Notes: generated from the sequence alone by a model not told the origin. 64,000 nucleotides of DNA from an uncultured Eubacteriales bacterium (GCA_964623515.1 CAZURV010000009.1:909-64908), one strand, 5' to 3'. Positions 18,814 to 29,740 are shown, counted from the first letter of the stretch. A program made the numbers and translations.

Positions 18814-19375
18814 TTTAAAAATGATAGCTTCACTGAAATCAAGGCTTGAGGAAAAAAGATTTTTTCATTCGCTGAACGTTGCAGACGTGGCAAAAGAACT
18901 TGCGGAGATTTATGGCTGTGATGGTCAAAAGGCATATTATGCGGGACTGGTTCACGACTGCACAAAAAATACACCTGCGGATAAACAGCTTGAGATAATA
19001 AAAATCGGAGGGATTGAGTTAACCAAGCTTGAAAAAAACAGTCCGAAGCTTTGGCATGCAATCAGCGGAAGCATTTTTATGCAAACAGAGTACGGAATTA
19101 CAGATAAAGATATGATTTCGGCAGTGAGATATCATACCACCGGAAAAGCGAATATGAACCTTTTGGAGAAGATTGTTTATGTTGCCGATTTCACAAGCGC
19201 CGAGAGGAATTACAACCATGTTGAAGAAATACGCGCTTTTGCAAAATCCAATCTTGACAGAGCTGTTTTTGAGGGTGCGGACTTTTGCATCAAAAAACTT
19301 ACTGCGGCAGGCAGCCTGATTCATCCCGATACGGTTGCTGCACGCGATTATTACGGGAAGGAAAATCTAAAATGA
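18803..19375 (+). CDS. yqeK: HD-domain protein YqeK (bis(5'-nucleosyl)-tetraphosphatase family)
   Basis: ATG at 18803 with motifs RFFHSLNVADVA..GLVHDCTK..RYHTTG. Conserved nadD-yqeK-rsfS order. Confidence 0.88.
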   Translation: MLNDLKMIASLKSRLEEKRFFHSLNVADVAKELAEIYGCDGQKAYYAGLVHDCTKNTPADKQLEIIKIGGIELTKLEKNSPKLWHAISGSIFMQTEYGITDKDMISAVRYHTTGKANMNLLEKIVYVADFTSAERNYNHVEEIRAFAKSNLDRAVFEGADFCIKKLTAAGSLIHPDTVAARDYYGKENLK

Positions 19376-19728
19376 AAACAGAAGAAAAAATTGAGGTTAT
19401 AGTAAGGGCTTTAGACGGTAAAAAAGCGGTTGACATCAAAGTAATCAAGATTGATGCGCTGACTACGATTGCAGATTATTTTATTATTGCAACGGGAACC
19501 TCATCAACACAGGTAAAATCTCTTGCCGATGAGGTTGAATATAAAATGAACGAAGCGGGAGAAAAACCGCATCACACAGAGGGCAAAAGTACGGGCTGGA
19601 TTTTGCTGGACTATATATCCGCAGTGGTTCATATTCTCAACGCCGAGTCCAGGGAATTCTATAATCTTGAGCATTTGTGGCAGGATGGAGAAGAAATTGA
19701 TATCAGCGGTTTTACGAGTCAGGGATGA
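19372..19728 (+). CDS. rsfS: Ribosome silencing factor RsfS (iojap)
   Basis: ATG at 19372 with sequence LDGKKAVDIKVIKIDALTTIADYFIIATGTSSTQVKSLAD..WILLDY..VVHI, typical RsfS. Confidence 0.92.
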   Translation: MKTEEKIEVIVRALDGKKAVDIKVIKIDALTTIADYFIIATGTSSTQVKSLADEVEYKMNEAGEKPHHTEGKSTGWILLDYISAVVHILNAESREFYNLEHLWQDGEEIDISGFTSQG

Positions 19729-19783
19729 TTCATCAGTATTCTGCAATAAGAAATAATATAAAATCTGAAGGGGATATATCAGA

Positions 19784-22195
19784 ATGTCGAGCTATAATTT
19801 TAAAAAGATTGAAAAAAAGTGGCAGAAAATATGGGATGAAAAAGGCACGTTTTATGCAATAAACGATTATACATTGCCTAAGTATTATTGCCTTGTGGAG
19901 TTTCCGTATCCGTCGGGACAGGGGCTACATGTCGGCCATCCGAGATCGTATACGGCATTGGATATTGTCGCGAGGAAAAAGAGACTGGAAGGCTATAACG
20001 TTCTGTATCCTATGGGCTGGGACGCTTTCGGTCTGCCCACGGAAAACTTTGCAATAAAAAATAACATTCATCCGGAAATCGTCACTGCAAAAAACATAGC
20101 TCATTTTAAGGAACAGCTTAAAAGTCTCGGATTTTCCTTTGACTGGTCCAGGGAAATAAATACGACCGACCCCGAGTACTATAAATGGACACAGTGGATT
20201 TTCCTTCAGCTTTATAAAAAAGGCTTGGCTTATAAAAAAGAAATGGCTGTAAACTGGTGTACAAGCTGTAAATGCGTGCTGGCGAATGAAGAAGTTGTCA
20301 ATGGCGTATGTGAACGCTGCGGAAGCGAAGTTGTCCGCAAAGTAAAGAGTCAGTGGATGCTTAAAATCACGGAATATGCAGACCGCCTTGCAAGCGACCT
20401 TGATGATGTAAATTTTATTGACAGAGTGAAAATTCAGCAGCGAAACTGGATAGGACGTTCAACAGGCGCAGAGGTTGATTTCACCGCAACAACGGGAGAT
20501 GTTTTAACGGTTTATACCACGCGTCCCGATACGCTTTTCGGAGCTACCTATATGGTTATCAGCCCGGAACATTCTCTGATTGCAAAATGGTGGGATAAAC
20601 TTGAAAACAAAGAGCAAATCAGGGCATATCAGCAGGAAGCTGCTAAAAAGAGCGATTTTGAACGAACCGAAGTGAATAAGGATAAAACAGGTGTGGAGCT
20701 TATAGGCGTCCGCGCGGTTAACCCTGTGAATAATGTAGAAATACCGATATTTATTTCCGATTATGTTTTAGCATCTTACGGTACGGGCGCAATTATGGCT
20801 GTTCCTGCTCATGATACAAGAGACTGGGAATTCGCAAAGGCATTTCATATTCCGATGATAGAGGTTGTAAAAGGCGGGAATATTGAAAATGAAGCGTTTA
20901 CGGATTGTGCATCGGGCATTATGGTAAATTCCGGTTTTCTTACGGGTATGAGTGTTGATGAGGCTAAGGAAGCAATTATAAAATGGCTTAGTGATAACGG
21001 GAAAGGGCGCAAAAAGGTTAATTTCAAACTCCGAGACTGGGTATTTTCACGCCAAAGATATTGGGGAGAGCCGATTCCGATGGTATATTGTGAAAAATGC
21101 GGATGGGTTCCTTTGCCCGAGGACGAACTTCCGCTGAAACTGCCGAGGGTTGAAAGTTATGAGCCGACAGATAACGGAGAAAGTCCTCTTTCGAAGCTGA
21201 CGGACTGGGTGAATACCACTTGTCCGCACTGCGGAGGACCTGCAAAGAGAGAAACCGACACAATGCCGCAGTGGGCGGGATCTTCATGGTATTTCCTCAG
21301 ATATTGTGATCCGCATAACAGCGAGGCGTTTGCATCAAAAGAAGCTCTCGAATACTGGACGCCTGTGGACTGGTATAACGGAGGAATGGAGCATACTACA
21401 CTGCATCTGCTTTACAGCCGATTCTGGCATAAGTTCCTTTATGATATCGGTGCGGTGCCCACAAATGAGCCGTATCAGAAGCGCACGAGCCATGGAATGA
21501 TACTTGGTGAAAACGGTGAAAAAATGAGCAAATCGCGCGGTAACGTTGTAAATCCAGATGATATTGTGGATGAATACGGCGCTGACACAATGCGGCTTTA
21601 CGAAATGTTCATAGGTGATTTTGAAAAGGCTGCGCCATGGAACAGTTCATCTATAAAAGGATGCAGGCGTTTTATTGAAAGAGTATGGTCACTTCAGGAT
21701 ATACTGACTGACGGCAATGCATATACGGAAGCACTTGAAAGCGATTTTCACAAAACAATCAAAAAAGTAAGCTCCGATATAGACAATCTCAAAGCAAATA
21801 CTGCGATAGCTACGATGATGAGTCTGTTGAATAAGATTCTTGAAATCGGTTCAATCAATAAAGCTGAAATGAAAACTTTGCTGATTCTTCTCAATCCCTT
21901 TGCACCGCATGTAACGGAAGAAATCTGGGAAGTACAAGGCTTCGGCGGAATGCTCAATGAACAGAAGTGGCCGGAATATGACGAGGCTAAGTGCGCGGAC
22001 AGCACTGCGGAAATCGTGATTCAGATTAACGGAAAAGTAAGGGATAAGCTTGTTATAAATATTGACGCACAGCAAGACGAGGTTTTAAAAAAAGCTTATC
22101 AAAGTGCAAAAATTGCCGCGGCAGTTGCGGGGAAAAAGATTGTGAAAGAAATCTATGTTAAAAGCAAATTGGTGAATATTGTAGTCCGCGGATAA
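19784..22195 (+). CDS. leuS: Leucine--tRNA ligase
   Basis: 803 aa with HVGH (HIGH) and KMSKS motifs and a CP1 editing domain. Confidence 0.97.
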   Translation: MSSYNFKKIEKKWQKIWDEKGTFYAINDYTLPKYYCLVEFPYPSGQGLHVGHPRSYTALDIVARKKRLEGYNVLYPMGWDAFGLPTENFAIKNNIHPEIVTAKNIAHFKEQLKSLGFSFDWSREINTTDPEYYKWTQWIFLQLYKKGLAYKKEMAVNWCTSCKCVLANEEVVNGVCERCGSEVVRKVKSQWMLKITEYADRLASDLDDVNFIDRVKIQQRNWIGRSTGAEVDFTATTGDVLTVYTTRPDTLFGATYMVISPEHSLIAKWWDKLENKEQIRAYQQEAAKKSDFERTEVNKDKTGVELIGVRAVNPVNNVEIPIFISDYVLASYGTGAIMAVPAHDTRDWEFAKAFHIPMIEVVKGGNIENEAFTDCASGIMVNSGFLTGMSVDEAKEAIIKWLSDNGKGRKKVNFKLRDWVFSRQRYWGEPIPMVYCEKCGWVPLPEDELPLKLPRVESYEPTDNGESPLSKLTDWVNTTCPHCGGPAKRETDTMPQWAGSSWYFLRYCDPHNSEAFASKEALEYWTPVDWYNGGMEHTTLHLLYSRFWHKFLYDIGAVPTNEPYQKRTSHGMILGENGEKMSKSRGNVVNPDDIVDEYGADTMRLYEMFIGDFEKAAPWNSSSIKGCRRFIERVWSLQDILTDGNAYTEALESDFHKTIKKVSSDIDNLKANTAIATMMSLLNKILEIGSINKAEMKTLLILLNPFAPHVTEEIWEVQGFGGMLNEQKWPEYDEAKCADSTAEIVIQINGKVRDKLVINIDAQQDEVLKKAYQSAKIAAAVAGKKIVKEIYVKSKLVNIVVRG

Positions 22196-22203
22196 AAAAT
22201 TTG

Positions 22204-22232
22204 TTGACACAGCCTTTAATTCTATGTATAAT
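22204..22232 (+). promoter_or_regulatory. Consensus sigma-A promoter of rpsU
   Basis: TTGACA (22204-22209), 17-nt spacer, TATAAT (22227-22232). Confidence 0.75.
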
Positions 22233-22286
22233 AAAGCGGTAATCTATAATTTATATAGAAATCTCCATTTAAGGGAGGGAAGAAAA

Positions 22287-22460
22287 ATGAGTACTGTTCG
22301 TGTAAAGGAAAACGAAAGCCTTGAAAGCGCATTAAGAAGGTTTAAAAGACAAACTTCTCGAGACGGCGTTATTCAGGAAGTCCGCAAAAGAGAACATTAC
22401 GAAAAGCCGTCTGTAAAGCGCAAGAAAAAATCTGAGGCAGCTCGTAAGCGTAAATACTAA
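22287..22460 (+). CDS. rpsU: 30S ribosomal protein S21
   Basis: The ATG at 22287, preceded by AGGGAGG, gives [22 protein letters not shown].., which is canonical S21. Confidence 0.95.
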   Translation: MSTVRVKENESLESALRRFKRQTSRDGVIQEVRKREHYEKPSVKRKKKSEAARKRKY

Positions 22461-22475
22461 TTTAATACATAAGAT

Positions 22476-22518
22476 AAATCCGCTTGTTATGGCTACCATA
22501 TCGGCGGATTTTGTTTTT
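22476..22518 (+). terminator. Terminator after rpsU
   Basis: AAATCCGC/GCGGATTT stem (22476-22483/22504-22511) followed by TGTTTTT. Confidence 0.6.
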
Positions 22519-22547
22519 AATTTGCCAGAAAATTTACGGAGGAACAA

Positions 22548-23138
22548 ATGTTAAAAGGCGAGGCATATTTACCTGATTATATTTTCGAAAGTATACTGGA
22601 TATAACGCCGGCATTTCTTAAATCCCACGGAATAAAAGGGATTCTGTGCGATAGCGATAACACCTTGGCTTATGATAACAGAAAAGAAGTTCTTCCGTCC
22701 GCCGCCGATTGGATAAATTCCATGCAAGCGGCGGGAATCAAAATCTGCCTGATGAGCAACGGGTATCTCGTGCGGAATATGCCGGTGATAAAAAAGCTCG
22801 GTCTTAAAATCTGGAATACCAGAAGCCATAAGCCGCGGAAATTCGGATATAAAAAGTGCTGTAAAAAACTCGGCCTTGATAAATCGGAAGTCGCAATGAT
22901 TGGAGACCAGATGAAAACGGATATAAGAGGAGCCAATAATTTTAATATCCTGTCGCTTTATGTGATGCCGTTTGCATTTGAAACCAATCCTTTTTATAAA
23001 AATATATTTAAAAAGCGCAGAGCCATTGAACGAAAATATTTTAAGATGTATAATTCTTTAAACGGAACAAAATTTGATTTCCCGGATATAATAAAAGCTG
23101 AAATGTATGAGGAGGATTTGAAAGAATGCGTATATTAG
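22548..23138 (+). CDS. yqeG: YqeG-family HAD-IIIA phosphatase
   Basis: Motifs GILCDSDNTL (DxD), MSNG and IGDQMKTDIRGAN; 196 aa. Confidence 0.85.
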   Translation: MLKGEAYLPDYIFESILDITPAFLKSHGIKGILCDSDNTLAYDNRKEVLPSAADWINSMQAAGIKICLMSNGYLVRNMPVIKKLGLKIWNTRSHKPRKFGYKKCCKKLGLDKSEVAMIGDQMKTDIRGANNFNILSLYVMPFAFETNPFYKNIFKKRRAIERKYFKMYNSLNGTKFDFPDIIKAEMYEEDLKECVY

Positions 23139-23560
23139 TGTTAAACGGCGTGAATCTGAATATGACGGGTATCCGCCAGCCTGATGTTTATGGAAGTGAA
23201 ACGCTTGAAGATATAAACCGTGAAATAGCTGCACACTGTTTAGGAATAAACGTAAAATGTGATTTTTTTCAAACAAACAGCGAGGGGGAAATGGTTGATG
23301 CTATTCATAAAACCCGCCTTGGATACGATGGTGTTGTTCTCAATGCCGGCGCATGGACGCATTATTCCTATGCAGTGAGAGATGCAATTGCTTCTGTTGA
23401 TATACCGTTTGTGGAAACCCATATGAGCGATATTACCAAGCGTGAGGAATTCAGGCGCACAAGTGTGATTTCGGATGTGTGCGCACATACTGTTATGGGA
23501 TTTGGCAAACTTTCCTATATCAAAGCAGTCGACTGGCTTGTTGAAAACGGAGGAAAATAA
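23126..23560 (+). CDS. aroQ: Type II 3-dehydroquinate dehydratase
   Basis: Sequence ILVLNGVNLNMTGIRQPDVYG..NAGAWTHYSYAVRDA..ETHMSDI is typical AroQ. Confidence 0.93.
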   Translation: MRILVLNGVNLNMTGIRQPDVYGSETLEDINREIAAHCLGINVKCDFFQTNSEGEMVDAIHKTRLGYDGVVLNAGAWTHYSYAVRDAIASVDIPFVETHMSDITKREEFRRTSVISDVCAHTVMGFGKLSYIKAVDWLVENGGK

Positions 23561-23562
23561 TC

Positions 23563-24639
23563 GTGACGGAATTTATAAAACGATTTCAGCAACTTATGCC
23601 GGAGCAATGTGATTGCGCAGTGATAACAAGTAGGGAAAACAGAATCTATTTTCTCGGGTTTGCCGCTTCAAACGGAACGCTTGCGATAGGAAGAAATAAA
23701 GCAGTTTTTTTTACGGATTCAAGATATATAACGGCGGCAAGGCAGGCGATAGACGGCGCAGACGTTGTTTTGCAGACGGAATCTGTCGATAAGATGCTGA
23801 AAGCCGTAGTTGAGGAAAACGGATATAACAATATAGCGTTTGAAGCAACAAGGATAAGCGTTTCCCGTGCGGATGAATTAAAAAAGAATTTTGCCGATAA
23901 AAATCCGGATTTCAGCGGTGAAATCGATCGTATTATTCTAAAGAAAATCAGGAGATTTAAAACTACGAAAGAAGTTGAAAAAATAAAGGAAGCGCAGAAA
24001 ATTACAGCGGATGCGTTTATGCATATCTGTGAATATATAAAACCGGGAATGACAGAAAAACAAGTACAGCTTGAACTTGATTTTTATATGCTTTCGCACG
24101 GTGCGGATGCGCTTTCTTTTGAAACGATCGTGGTTGCAGGTGAAAATTCAGCAAAACCGCATGGCGTTCCGGGGCAAAAGATTATTGAGAACGGTGAGTT
24201 TGTAACAATGGATTTCGGAGCGGTTAAGGATTTTTATCACAGCGATATGACGAGAACCATATGTGTCGGAAAAGCGGACGCGGAAATGAAACAGGTTTAT
24301 GATACGGTTCTGTATGCGCAAACAGCTGCAATTCAGGCGGCTACGGCGGGAGAAAAGTGTTCCGTTATAGACAGATGTGCGAGAGATGTGATTGCCGGGG
24401 CGGGTTACGGAGCATATTTCGGGCACGGAACAGGACACGGAGTCGGCGTTGAAATTCATGAGCAACCGTGTTTCAGTCCGTCAAGCACCGATACGTTTTC
24501 AAACGGGGATGTCGTTACGGTTGAACCAGGAATATATATTCCGGGGAAATTCGGCGTCAGAATAGAAGATATGGTTTATCTATGTGGCGGAAAAACCGTA
24601 AATCTCACTTCAAGTCCCAAAGCGCTTATCGAATTATAG
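23563..24639 (+). CDS. Xaa-Pro aminopeptidase (M24B)
   Basis: GTG start. Creatinase-like N-domain, with pita-bread metal ligands D..D..HGTGHGVG..E..E. Confidence 0.88.
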   Translation: MTEFIKRFQQLMPEQCDCAVITSRENRIYFLGFAASNGTLAIGRNKAVFFTDSRYITAARQAIDGADVVLQTESVDKMLKAVVEENGYNNIAFEATRISVSRADELKKNFADKNPDFSGEIDRIILKKIRRFKTTKEVEKIKEAQKITADAFMHICEYIKPGMTEKQVQLELDFYMLSHGADALSFETIVVAGENSAKPHGVPGQKIIENGEFVTMDFGAVKDFYHSDMTRTICVGKADAEMKQVYDTVLYAQTAAIQAATAGEKCSVIDRCARDVIAGAGYGAYFGHGTGHGVGVEIHEQPCFSPSSTDTFSNGDVVTVEPGIYIPGKFGVRIEDMVYLCGGKTVNLTSSPKALIEL

Positions 24640-24649
24640 TAAATAATAC

Positions 24650-24678
24650 TTGATTATTTTATAATTTAATATTATAAT
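24650..24678 (+). promoter_or_regulatory. Sigma-A type promoter of efp
   Basis: TTGATT (24650-24655), 17-nt spacer, TATAAT (24673-24678). Confidence 0.6.
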
Positions 24679-24761
24679 GTGTTTGCAACCCGATGGGGTA
24701 TATAGGCGTCTGCTGTTATCAGGCAGATTGAACGGGCATATTTGCAGGAGGTATTTTTGAT

Positions 24762-25328
24762 ATGATTTCAGCAGGTGATTTCAGAAACGGTATGACTTTT
24801 GAGATGGACGGTAAAGTTTATCAGGTTATCGAATTTCAGCATGTTAAGCCGGGCAAGGGCGCGGCGTTTGTGCGTACAAAGTATAAAGATGTCATTTCGG
24901 GTAGCATTGTTGAAAGAAGTTTCAATCCCACTGAAAAATTTGAACAGGCATTCGTTGAAAGGCGTGATATGGAATACCTTTATAATGATGGAGAACTTTA
25001 TTATTTTATGGATCCGGAAACTTATGAGCAAATGCCTGTTGGTGCCGATATTCTCGGAGATAATTTCAAATTCGTGAAAGAAAATATGCTCTGTAAACTG
25101 ATATCTTTTAAAGGTAGCGTATTTTCGGTTGAGCCTCCCACGTTTGTGGAACTTGAAATCACCGAAACCGAACCGGGTGTTAAGGGGAATACGGCAACGA
25201 ATGTAACAAAGCCGGCAACTGTTGAAACAGGTGCGGTTGTACGTGTCCCCGGATTTATGAATGAGGGTGAAATTATAAAAATAGATACCCGCACGGGTGA
25301 ATGCCTCGGCCGTGCTTCAAAAGCTTAA
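24762..25328 (+). CDS. efp: Elongation factor P
   Basis: [40 protein letters not shown] is canonical EF-P. Confidence 0.97.
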   Translation: MISAGDFRNGMTFEMDGKVYQVIEFQHVKPGKGAAFVRTKYKDVISGSIVERSFNPTEKFEQAFVERRDMEYLYNDGELYYFMDPETYEQMPVGADILGDNFKFVKENMLCKLISFKGSVFSVEPPTFVELEITETEPGVKGNTATNVTKPATVETGAVVRVPGFMNEGEIIKIDTRTGECLGRASKA

Positions 25329-25342
25329 CGGAGGAGATAAAT

Positions 25343-25837
25343 ATGAAAACAACAGCAGAGAAAGTTGCATATTTTAAAGGGCTTGTAGACGCAACGGTTT
25401 TTGCATCTGAGGATAAAAAGAAATTATTTTCTGTTCTTGCAGATGTTTTGAAATCCATTTCAGAGGATATTGATGTGAATGCGGAAAACATTGACAATGT
25501 TGACGCGCATCTTCTTGAGGTAGATGAAGATCTCGGATATATTGAAGAACTGGTTTACGGGGAAGAGGATCCTCACGGCGATTATGACGAATGCAGTGAA
25601 GAAGACGGGTTCTATGACGATTATGAAGAGAGTGAAGATGAAGACGAAGATGAAGACGAAGACGAGTTCGAAACGCTTGATGGGGAAGAGAATGAGGTCG
25701 AAGATGAAATGTATGAGGTTGAATGCCCTGCTTGTCATAAGGTGATTTATCTTCAAGAGAGCGTGATTCTGGACGGTGCGGTAGACTGTCCCAACTGTGG
25801 TGAACCTTTGGAGTTTGATATTGAATTTGAAGAATAA
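25343..25837 (+). CDS. Acidic protein with a C-terminal CxxC..CxxC zinc ribbon (resembles the efp-linked CD1247-type family)
   Basis: ATG at 25343 after GGAGG. Contains a long D/E tract (SEDEDEDEDEDE) and a C-terminus CPACHKVIYL..CPNCGEPLEF. Confidence 0.65.
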   Translation: MKTTAEKVAYFKGLVDATVFASEDKKKLFSVLADVLKSISEDIDVNAENIDNVDAHLLEVDEDLGYIEELVYGEEDPHGDYDECSEEDGFYDDYEESEDEDEDEDEDEFETLDGEENEVEDEMYEVECPACHKVIYLQESVILDGAVDCPNCGEPLEFDIEFEE

Positions 25838-25845
25838 TTGATGAT

Positions 25846-25878
25846 GAATACCCTGTGCTTTTTAAGCACAGGGTATTC
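25846..25878 (+). terminator. Strong stem-loop after the efp operon
   Basis: Perfect 15-bp inverted repeat GAATACCCTGTGCTT/AAGCACAGGGTATTC with loop TTT. There is no clear T-run. Confidence 0.55.
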
Positions 25879-26041
25879 AATATATAAAGAATTATAAGGA
25901 TAATCCAATCAAAGGAACGAATAAGTTTTACGGCGGATATGATAGAGCGGTCCGACCGGGAATATCATCCCTCCACCACAAGTAGCGCATGGATTTGTCG
26001 AATTGCACAACGAATACACCGCTTTTTCTATATTCAGCAGA

Positions 26042-26071
26042 TTGAAAAAATACGGAATCGTATGTTATAAT
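26042..26071 (+). promoter_or_regulatory. Sigma-A type promoter of the GPH transporter gene
   Basis: TTGAAA (26042-26047), 18-nt spacer, TATAAT (26066-26071). Confidence 0.55.
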
Positions 26072-26136
26072 AATAAATAATGGTCGCTTGTCAGATTTAG
26101 GGGTGGCCTTTATTTCATTAAAAAAGGCGGTGCAGT

Positions 26137-27597
26137 ATGGAAAAAGGTGTTGAAACAAAAACGCTGAACGACAGGAACAATCAAATCGGGTTCAAAGAGG
26201 GTCTCGGATATATGTGGGGCGATGTTGCGAATCTTTTGGTCCTGTCTTTTGTTACAACGTTTTTGAAGGTCTTTTATACCGATGTTCTTTATATTGATAC
26301 GAAAAAGCTCGCAGTGTTATTTTTGGTAGTCCGCCTTTTTGATGCGATAAACGATCCCATATGGGGATTTATAGTGGATTCCAGAAAACCGGGCAGGGAA
26401 GGAAAGTTCAGGCCGTATCTTAAATGGGTGTGCGTTCCGCTTGTGCTTTCCGCTATTGTATGCTTTATTCCCCTAACACAGCTTGGAATCAAGAATGAAA
26501 CAATTATTCTCGTTTATGCATATATTACATATACGCTGTTCGGCGTTATGTATACCGGAATGAATATTCCTTATGGTTCTCTTGCCAGCGTAATAACCGA
26601 TGATCCGAAAGGAAGAACGCTTCTTTCTACTTTCCGTTCCGTCGGCGGCGGCGTAGGCGGCGCACCGATTACCATTCTTCTTCCCGCCTTTTTGTATACG
26701 GAAGCAACCGAAACTACAAATAAACAGTTAAAATGGCAGGCAACGCTTATTGCAGCGGTTATTGTTGCTGTTGTGACGGTTATCGGCTATCTGGTTTGCT
26801 ATAAGTCTACCAAGGAAAGGGTTGTTTCACCGGCCAATCCTCCCAAAAGAGATATTAAAGCAACTTACGGAGGCATGTTTAAATCCGTACCGTTTATGAG
26901 TCTTATGATTGCGAATATATTTATGAGCGGACTGATTGAATATCAGAGCGTAAATCCGTATTTGTATAAAGTTTATTTTGCGGATTCAAAACCAATTTTC
27001 CTTTCTCTGCAAACGGTGGCGCATTATCTTCCTATGGCGATGCTCATACTGTTTGTGCCGAAGATTGCTGCAAAATTTGGCAAGAAAGAACTTTGCGGTT
27101 GCGGGTTGGTGCTTTCCAGTGCTTCAACCATTATTTTATATTTTGTGAAGCCGTCTATGAGCAATCCTTACTTTTATCTCGGTATGAGCTTCCTGACAGG
27201 GCTCGGTCTTGCATTTACTTCGATTCTATGCTGGGCGCTTGTTATGGACGTTATTGATTATCAGGAACTTGTAACGCACCGCAGGGACGAAGGCTCGATT
27301 TATGCAGTTATAACATTTGCAAGAAAACTCGGGCAAACGCTTGCGGCAAGCGGTATGATGTGGCTACTCGACTGGGCGGGTTATAATGCGGAAGCGAACG
27401 TTCAGGCGGCAGGTGTTGCAGACCGCATTTATTCTTTGACAACGATTGTTCCCGCAATCGGCTATACGGTTATGTGTATTATTATTGCATTGATTTATCC
27501 GCTTAATAAAAAGAGATTGAAAGAAAATGCAGAAAAACTGCAAGAAATAAGATCCCAAGAAGCGGAGGCAGATGCAGAGAGCGGACTGCAAGTATAA
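26137..27597 (+). CDS. MFS transporter, glycoside-pentoside-hexuronide (GPH):cation symporter family
   Basis: 486 aa with about 12 TM segments and the GPH N-terminal motif LRLFDAINDPIWGFIVD. Confidence 0.85.
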   Translation: MEKGVETKTLNDRNNQIGFKEGLGYMWGDVANLLVLSFVTTFLKVFYTDVLYIDTKKLAVLFLVVRLFDAINDPIWGFIVDSRKPGREGKFRPYLKWVCVPLVLSAIVCFIPLTQLGIKNETIILVYAYITYTLFGVMYTGMNIPYGSLASVITDDPKGRTLLSTFRSVGGGVGGAPITILLPAFLYTEATETTNKQLKWQATLIAAVIVAVVTVIGYLVCYKSTKERVVSPANPPKRDIKATYGGMFKSVPFMSLMIANIFMSGLIEYQSVNPYLYKVYFADSKPIFLSLQTVAHYLPMAMLILFVPKIAAKFGKKELCGCGLVLSSASTIILYFVKPSMSNPYFYLGMSFLTGLGLAFTSILCWALVMDVIDYQELVTHRRDEGSIYAVITFARKLGQTLAASGMMWLLDWAGYNAEANVQAAGVADRIYSLTTIVPAIGYTVMCIIIALIYPLNKKRLKENAEKLQEIRSQEAEADAESGLQV

Positions 27598-27644
27598 TTT
27601 ATCCAAAAATCACGGTTTTCATTATTTTGTAAAACGGATTATAT

Positions 27645-28046
27645 ATGAAAGATAACAATTTGCAAAAAACCGAAGATAACGAAAATGAATACAACAAGCC
27701 GCTGATTGAGAGGGTGATTCCCTCCGTAGCAACGGTTATGTTGATTTTAGCTGTTCTGATATTTGCTGTTTCTGCATTCGGCTACGATGAAACAACACCT
27801 CTTGGTGCGTTGCGTATATCGCTCTTGTCGGACGGTCATCCGATATCGTCTGTGCTGGTCAGGGCGGAGCCTGCTGAGGAATATGCAGGAAAAAACGCCG
27901 ATTTTGGGCTTGGTGCTAATGATCAGATTTATAAAATAACATTTGCTCCTCCCGAAGAAAACGGAAAAGAAATGATATACTGGATTATATCGCGCAGTGG
28001 CAATAAATTTTCGGCGTCTTATTTCGGAGGGATTCCGGAAGAATAA
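27645..28046 (+). CDS. Hypothetical single-pass membrane protein
   Basis: 133-aa ORF with one TM helix (VIPSVATVMLILAVLIFAVSAF). I recognise no family. Confidence 0.5.
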   Translation: MKDNNLQKTEDNENEYNKPLIERVIPSVATVMLILAVLIFAVSAFGYDETTPLGALRISLLSDGHPISSVLVRAEPAEEYAGKNADFGLGANDQIYKITFAPPEENGKEMIYWIISRSGNKFSASYFGGIPEE

Positions 28047-28064
28047 AAAAGTGAATTAAGAAAG

Positions 28065-28101
28065 AAGCACTCCGCAATTTAAGCAGAATTGCGGAGTGCT
28101 T
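28065..28101. terminator. Bidirectional terminator between convergent genes
   Basis: Perfect 15-bp inverted repeat AAGCACTCCGCAATT/AATTGCGGAGTGCTT with A/T-rich flanks. Confidence 0.7.
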
Positions 28102-28125
28102 TAAAATTTTCGGATAGATTAATGT

Positions 28126-28770
28126 TTATTTCATATTCACCGCTTCGAGGCGGTAAATCGGAAATCCCTGTGCGCTGAATTTTTCTTCATATTCCGTAAC
28201 GATATTGTTTTCGTTAAATATGCTGTTGTGCAAATCTAATGTTATATTTTGAAGTTTCCAGTTGTTGTCGCAGAAGGAATTGAGTGAAAACTCAAAAAAA
28301 TCACGATTATCGGTTTTAAAGTGTACTTCGTGTGAGGCAGGGAGTACCGTTTTGTATAAATTCAGGAAATTTTTGTGCGTTAGACGGTGTTTTGCGTATC
28401 TCTTTTTCGGGAAAGGACATGAAAAATTAAGATAGATTTTATCTATGCTGTTTGCCGCAAATAATTTTGTTATGTTTTCGGCATTGCAACATAGAAAACG
28501 TACATTTTTTATGTTTTCTCTCATAATTTTTTCCATTGCAAGCACGATAACGTTGCGTTCCTTTTCAATTGCAATAAAATTGATATCGGGATTTCTTTTT
28601 GCGTTTTCAAGTGTAAACGCGCCTTTTCCGCAACCGATTTCAAGCTGAACGGGATTGCTGTTGCCGAAAATTTGATTTGTGTTTAACATTCCGTCCGGAT
28701 TTAGTGTAACGCTTCCGCAAGCTTCCAGCCTTGATTCCAGGTGTTTTCGTTTGCGCATTCTCATGTTCAA
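28126..28770 (-). CDS. trmB: tRNA (guanine46-N7)-methyltransferase
   Basis: Motifs LEIGCGKGAF, NFIAIE and INFSCPFPKKRYAKHRL are typical TrmB. Confidence 0.9.
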   Translation of the reverse strand: MNMRMRKRKHLESRLEACGSVTLNPDGMLNTNQIFGNSNPVQLEIGCGKGAFTLENAKRNPDINFIAIEKERNVIVLAMEKIMRENIKNVRFLCCNAENITKLFAANSIDKIYLNFSCPFPKKRYAKHRLTHKNFLNLYKTVLPASHEVHFKTDNRDFFEFSLNSFCDNNWKLQNITLDLHNSIFNENNIVTEYEEKFSAQGFPIYRLEAVNMK

Positions 28771-29080
28771 TCCCCCCAGTGCATAAAAATTTTACTATAA
28801 ATGCTTGCCTTTTGCAATAGCTTTAAATCAGATAAAGAGAAAAGATTAAGGGGATATCTTTCCATCAGAAAGATTTGCCAGAAATGTACAAATTCGGCAC
28901 AAAACCGCGTTAAAGATGTAAGATTGCCGTCTTTTTTGGCTTCCGAGCCCTTTTTACGCCTATCCGGTTAAATCTTTAATAAAAATTAACAAAAATGATA
29001 TTGATAAAACTTATATAATTATATATAATAGACTTACGGTTTTATACCGTTCTTATCAGGATAATGCGAGGTATTTTTAT

Positions 29081-29740
29081 ATGAAAAAAATTAAAGTCAA
29101 AACGGCGGGCAACATTGCGCTCGTTTTTACCGTTTTATTAGGGGTGTTTGCCGTTGCTCAGTTTATTGCGGCAATGGTTGCGGCGGACAGAATAGCGGAA
29201 ATGTTAAGGAATATAAGCGTAAATTATTATTCGGGCGTTTCTGACTTTCCGCGCGTCTTATGGAATGAAGCCTGTACGGCGGTTTATGAACCAAAATATG
29301 TCAGAATGATGTCTATGTTTATATTTACGCTGTGTATTCCGTGCGTTTATGCGCTGTTTAATATTTATCTTATCTGCAAAAACGGAGAAGGGAATCAGCC
29401 TTTCGGTCCTTATGCAAAATCCGGTTTTCTGTCTGTCGGATATGCTTTCGCCGCAGAGTTGTTTTTGGATTTGGTTGTATTTTCCGTTTTAAAGATTGTG
29501 CTAAAAAAAATACCGTTTTATATGTGGTATGTTGTGGCAGCGGTTGCGGTTCTTTCCGTTATCCTTGTTGTTTTATCGGCGGTATTTGTATCTTTGATTA
29601 ACAGGGCAAACGAAATTCGGCAGGAGCATAAAAAAATCAGAACGGACAAAAAAGAAATTGATTCGGTAGTGGTAAAGCGGAAAGCCGTCCACCAAGATTA
29701 TGAAAGTTTGTATAAAGACATTCTCCCTCCGGAGAAATAA
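29081..29740 (+). CDS. Hypothetical polytopic membrane protein
   Basis: 219 aa with about 4 TM helices and a charged C-terminal tail. I recognise no family. Confidence 0.5.
   Translation: MKKIKVKTAGNIALVFTVLLGVFAVAQFIAAMVAADRIAEMLRNISVNYYSGVSDFPRVLWNEACTAVYEPKYVRMMSMFIFTLCIPCVYALFNIYLICKNGEGNQPFGPYAKSGFLSVGYAFAAELFLDLVVFSVLKIVLKKIPFYMWYVVAAVAVLSVILVVLSAVFVSLINRANEIRQEHKKIRTDKKEIDSVVVKRKAVHQDYESLYKDILPPEK

Noticed and set aside
25374-25880. 168-aa minus-strand ORF and other frames across the acidic-protein gene.
   Set aside because: It is antisense to the D/E repeat tract and gives an H/R/L-rich product with no start context. It is an artefact of the GAAGA repeat composition.
28771-29080. 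310-nt gene-free region upstream of the 29081 membrane protein, checked for small RNAs.
   Set aside because: It holds only a short hairpin (ATCTTTC/GAAAGAT) and a plausible TTGATA-17-TATAAT promoter near 29000. It shows no repeat or conserved-looking structure, so nothing is reportable.
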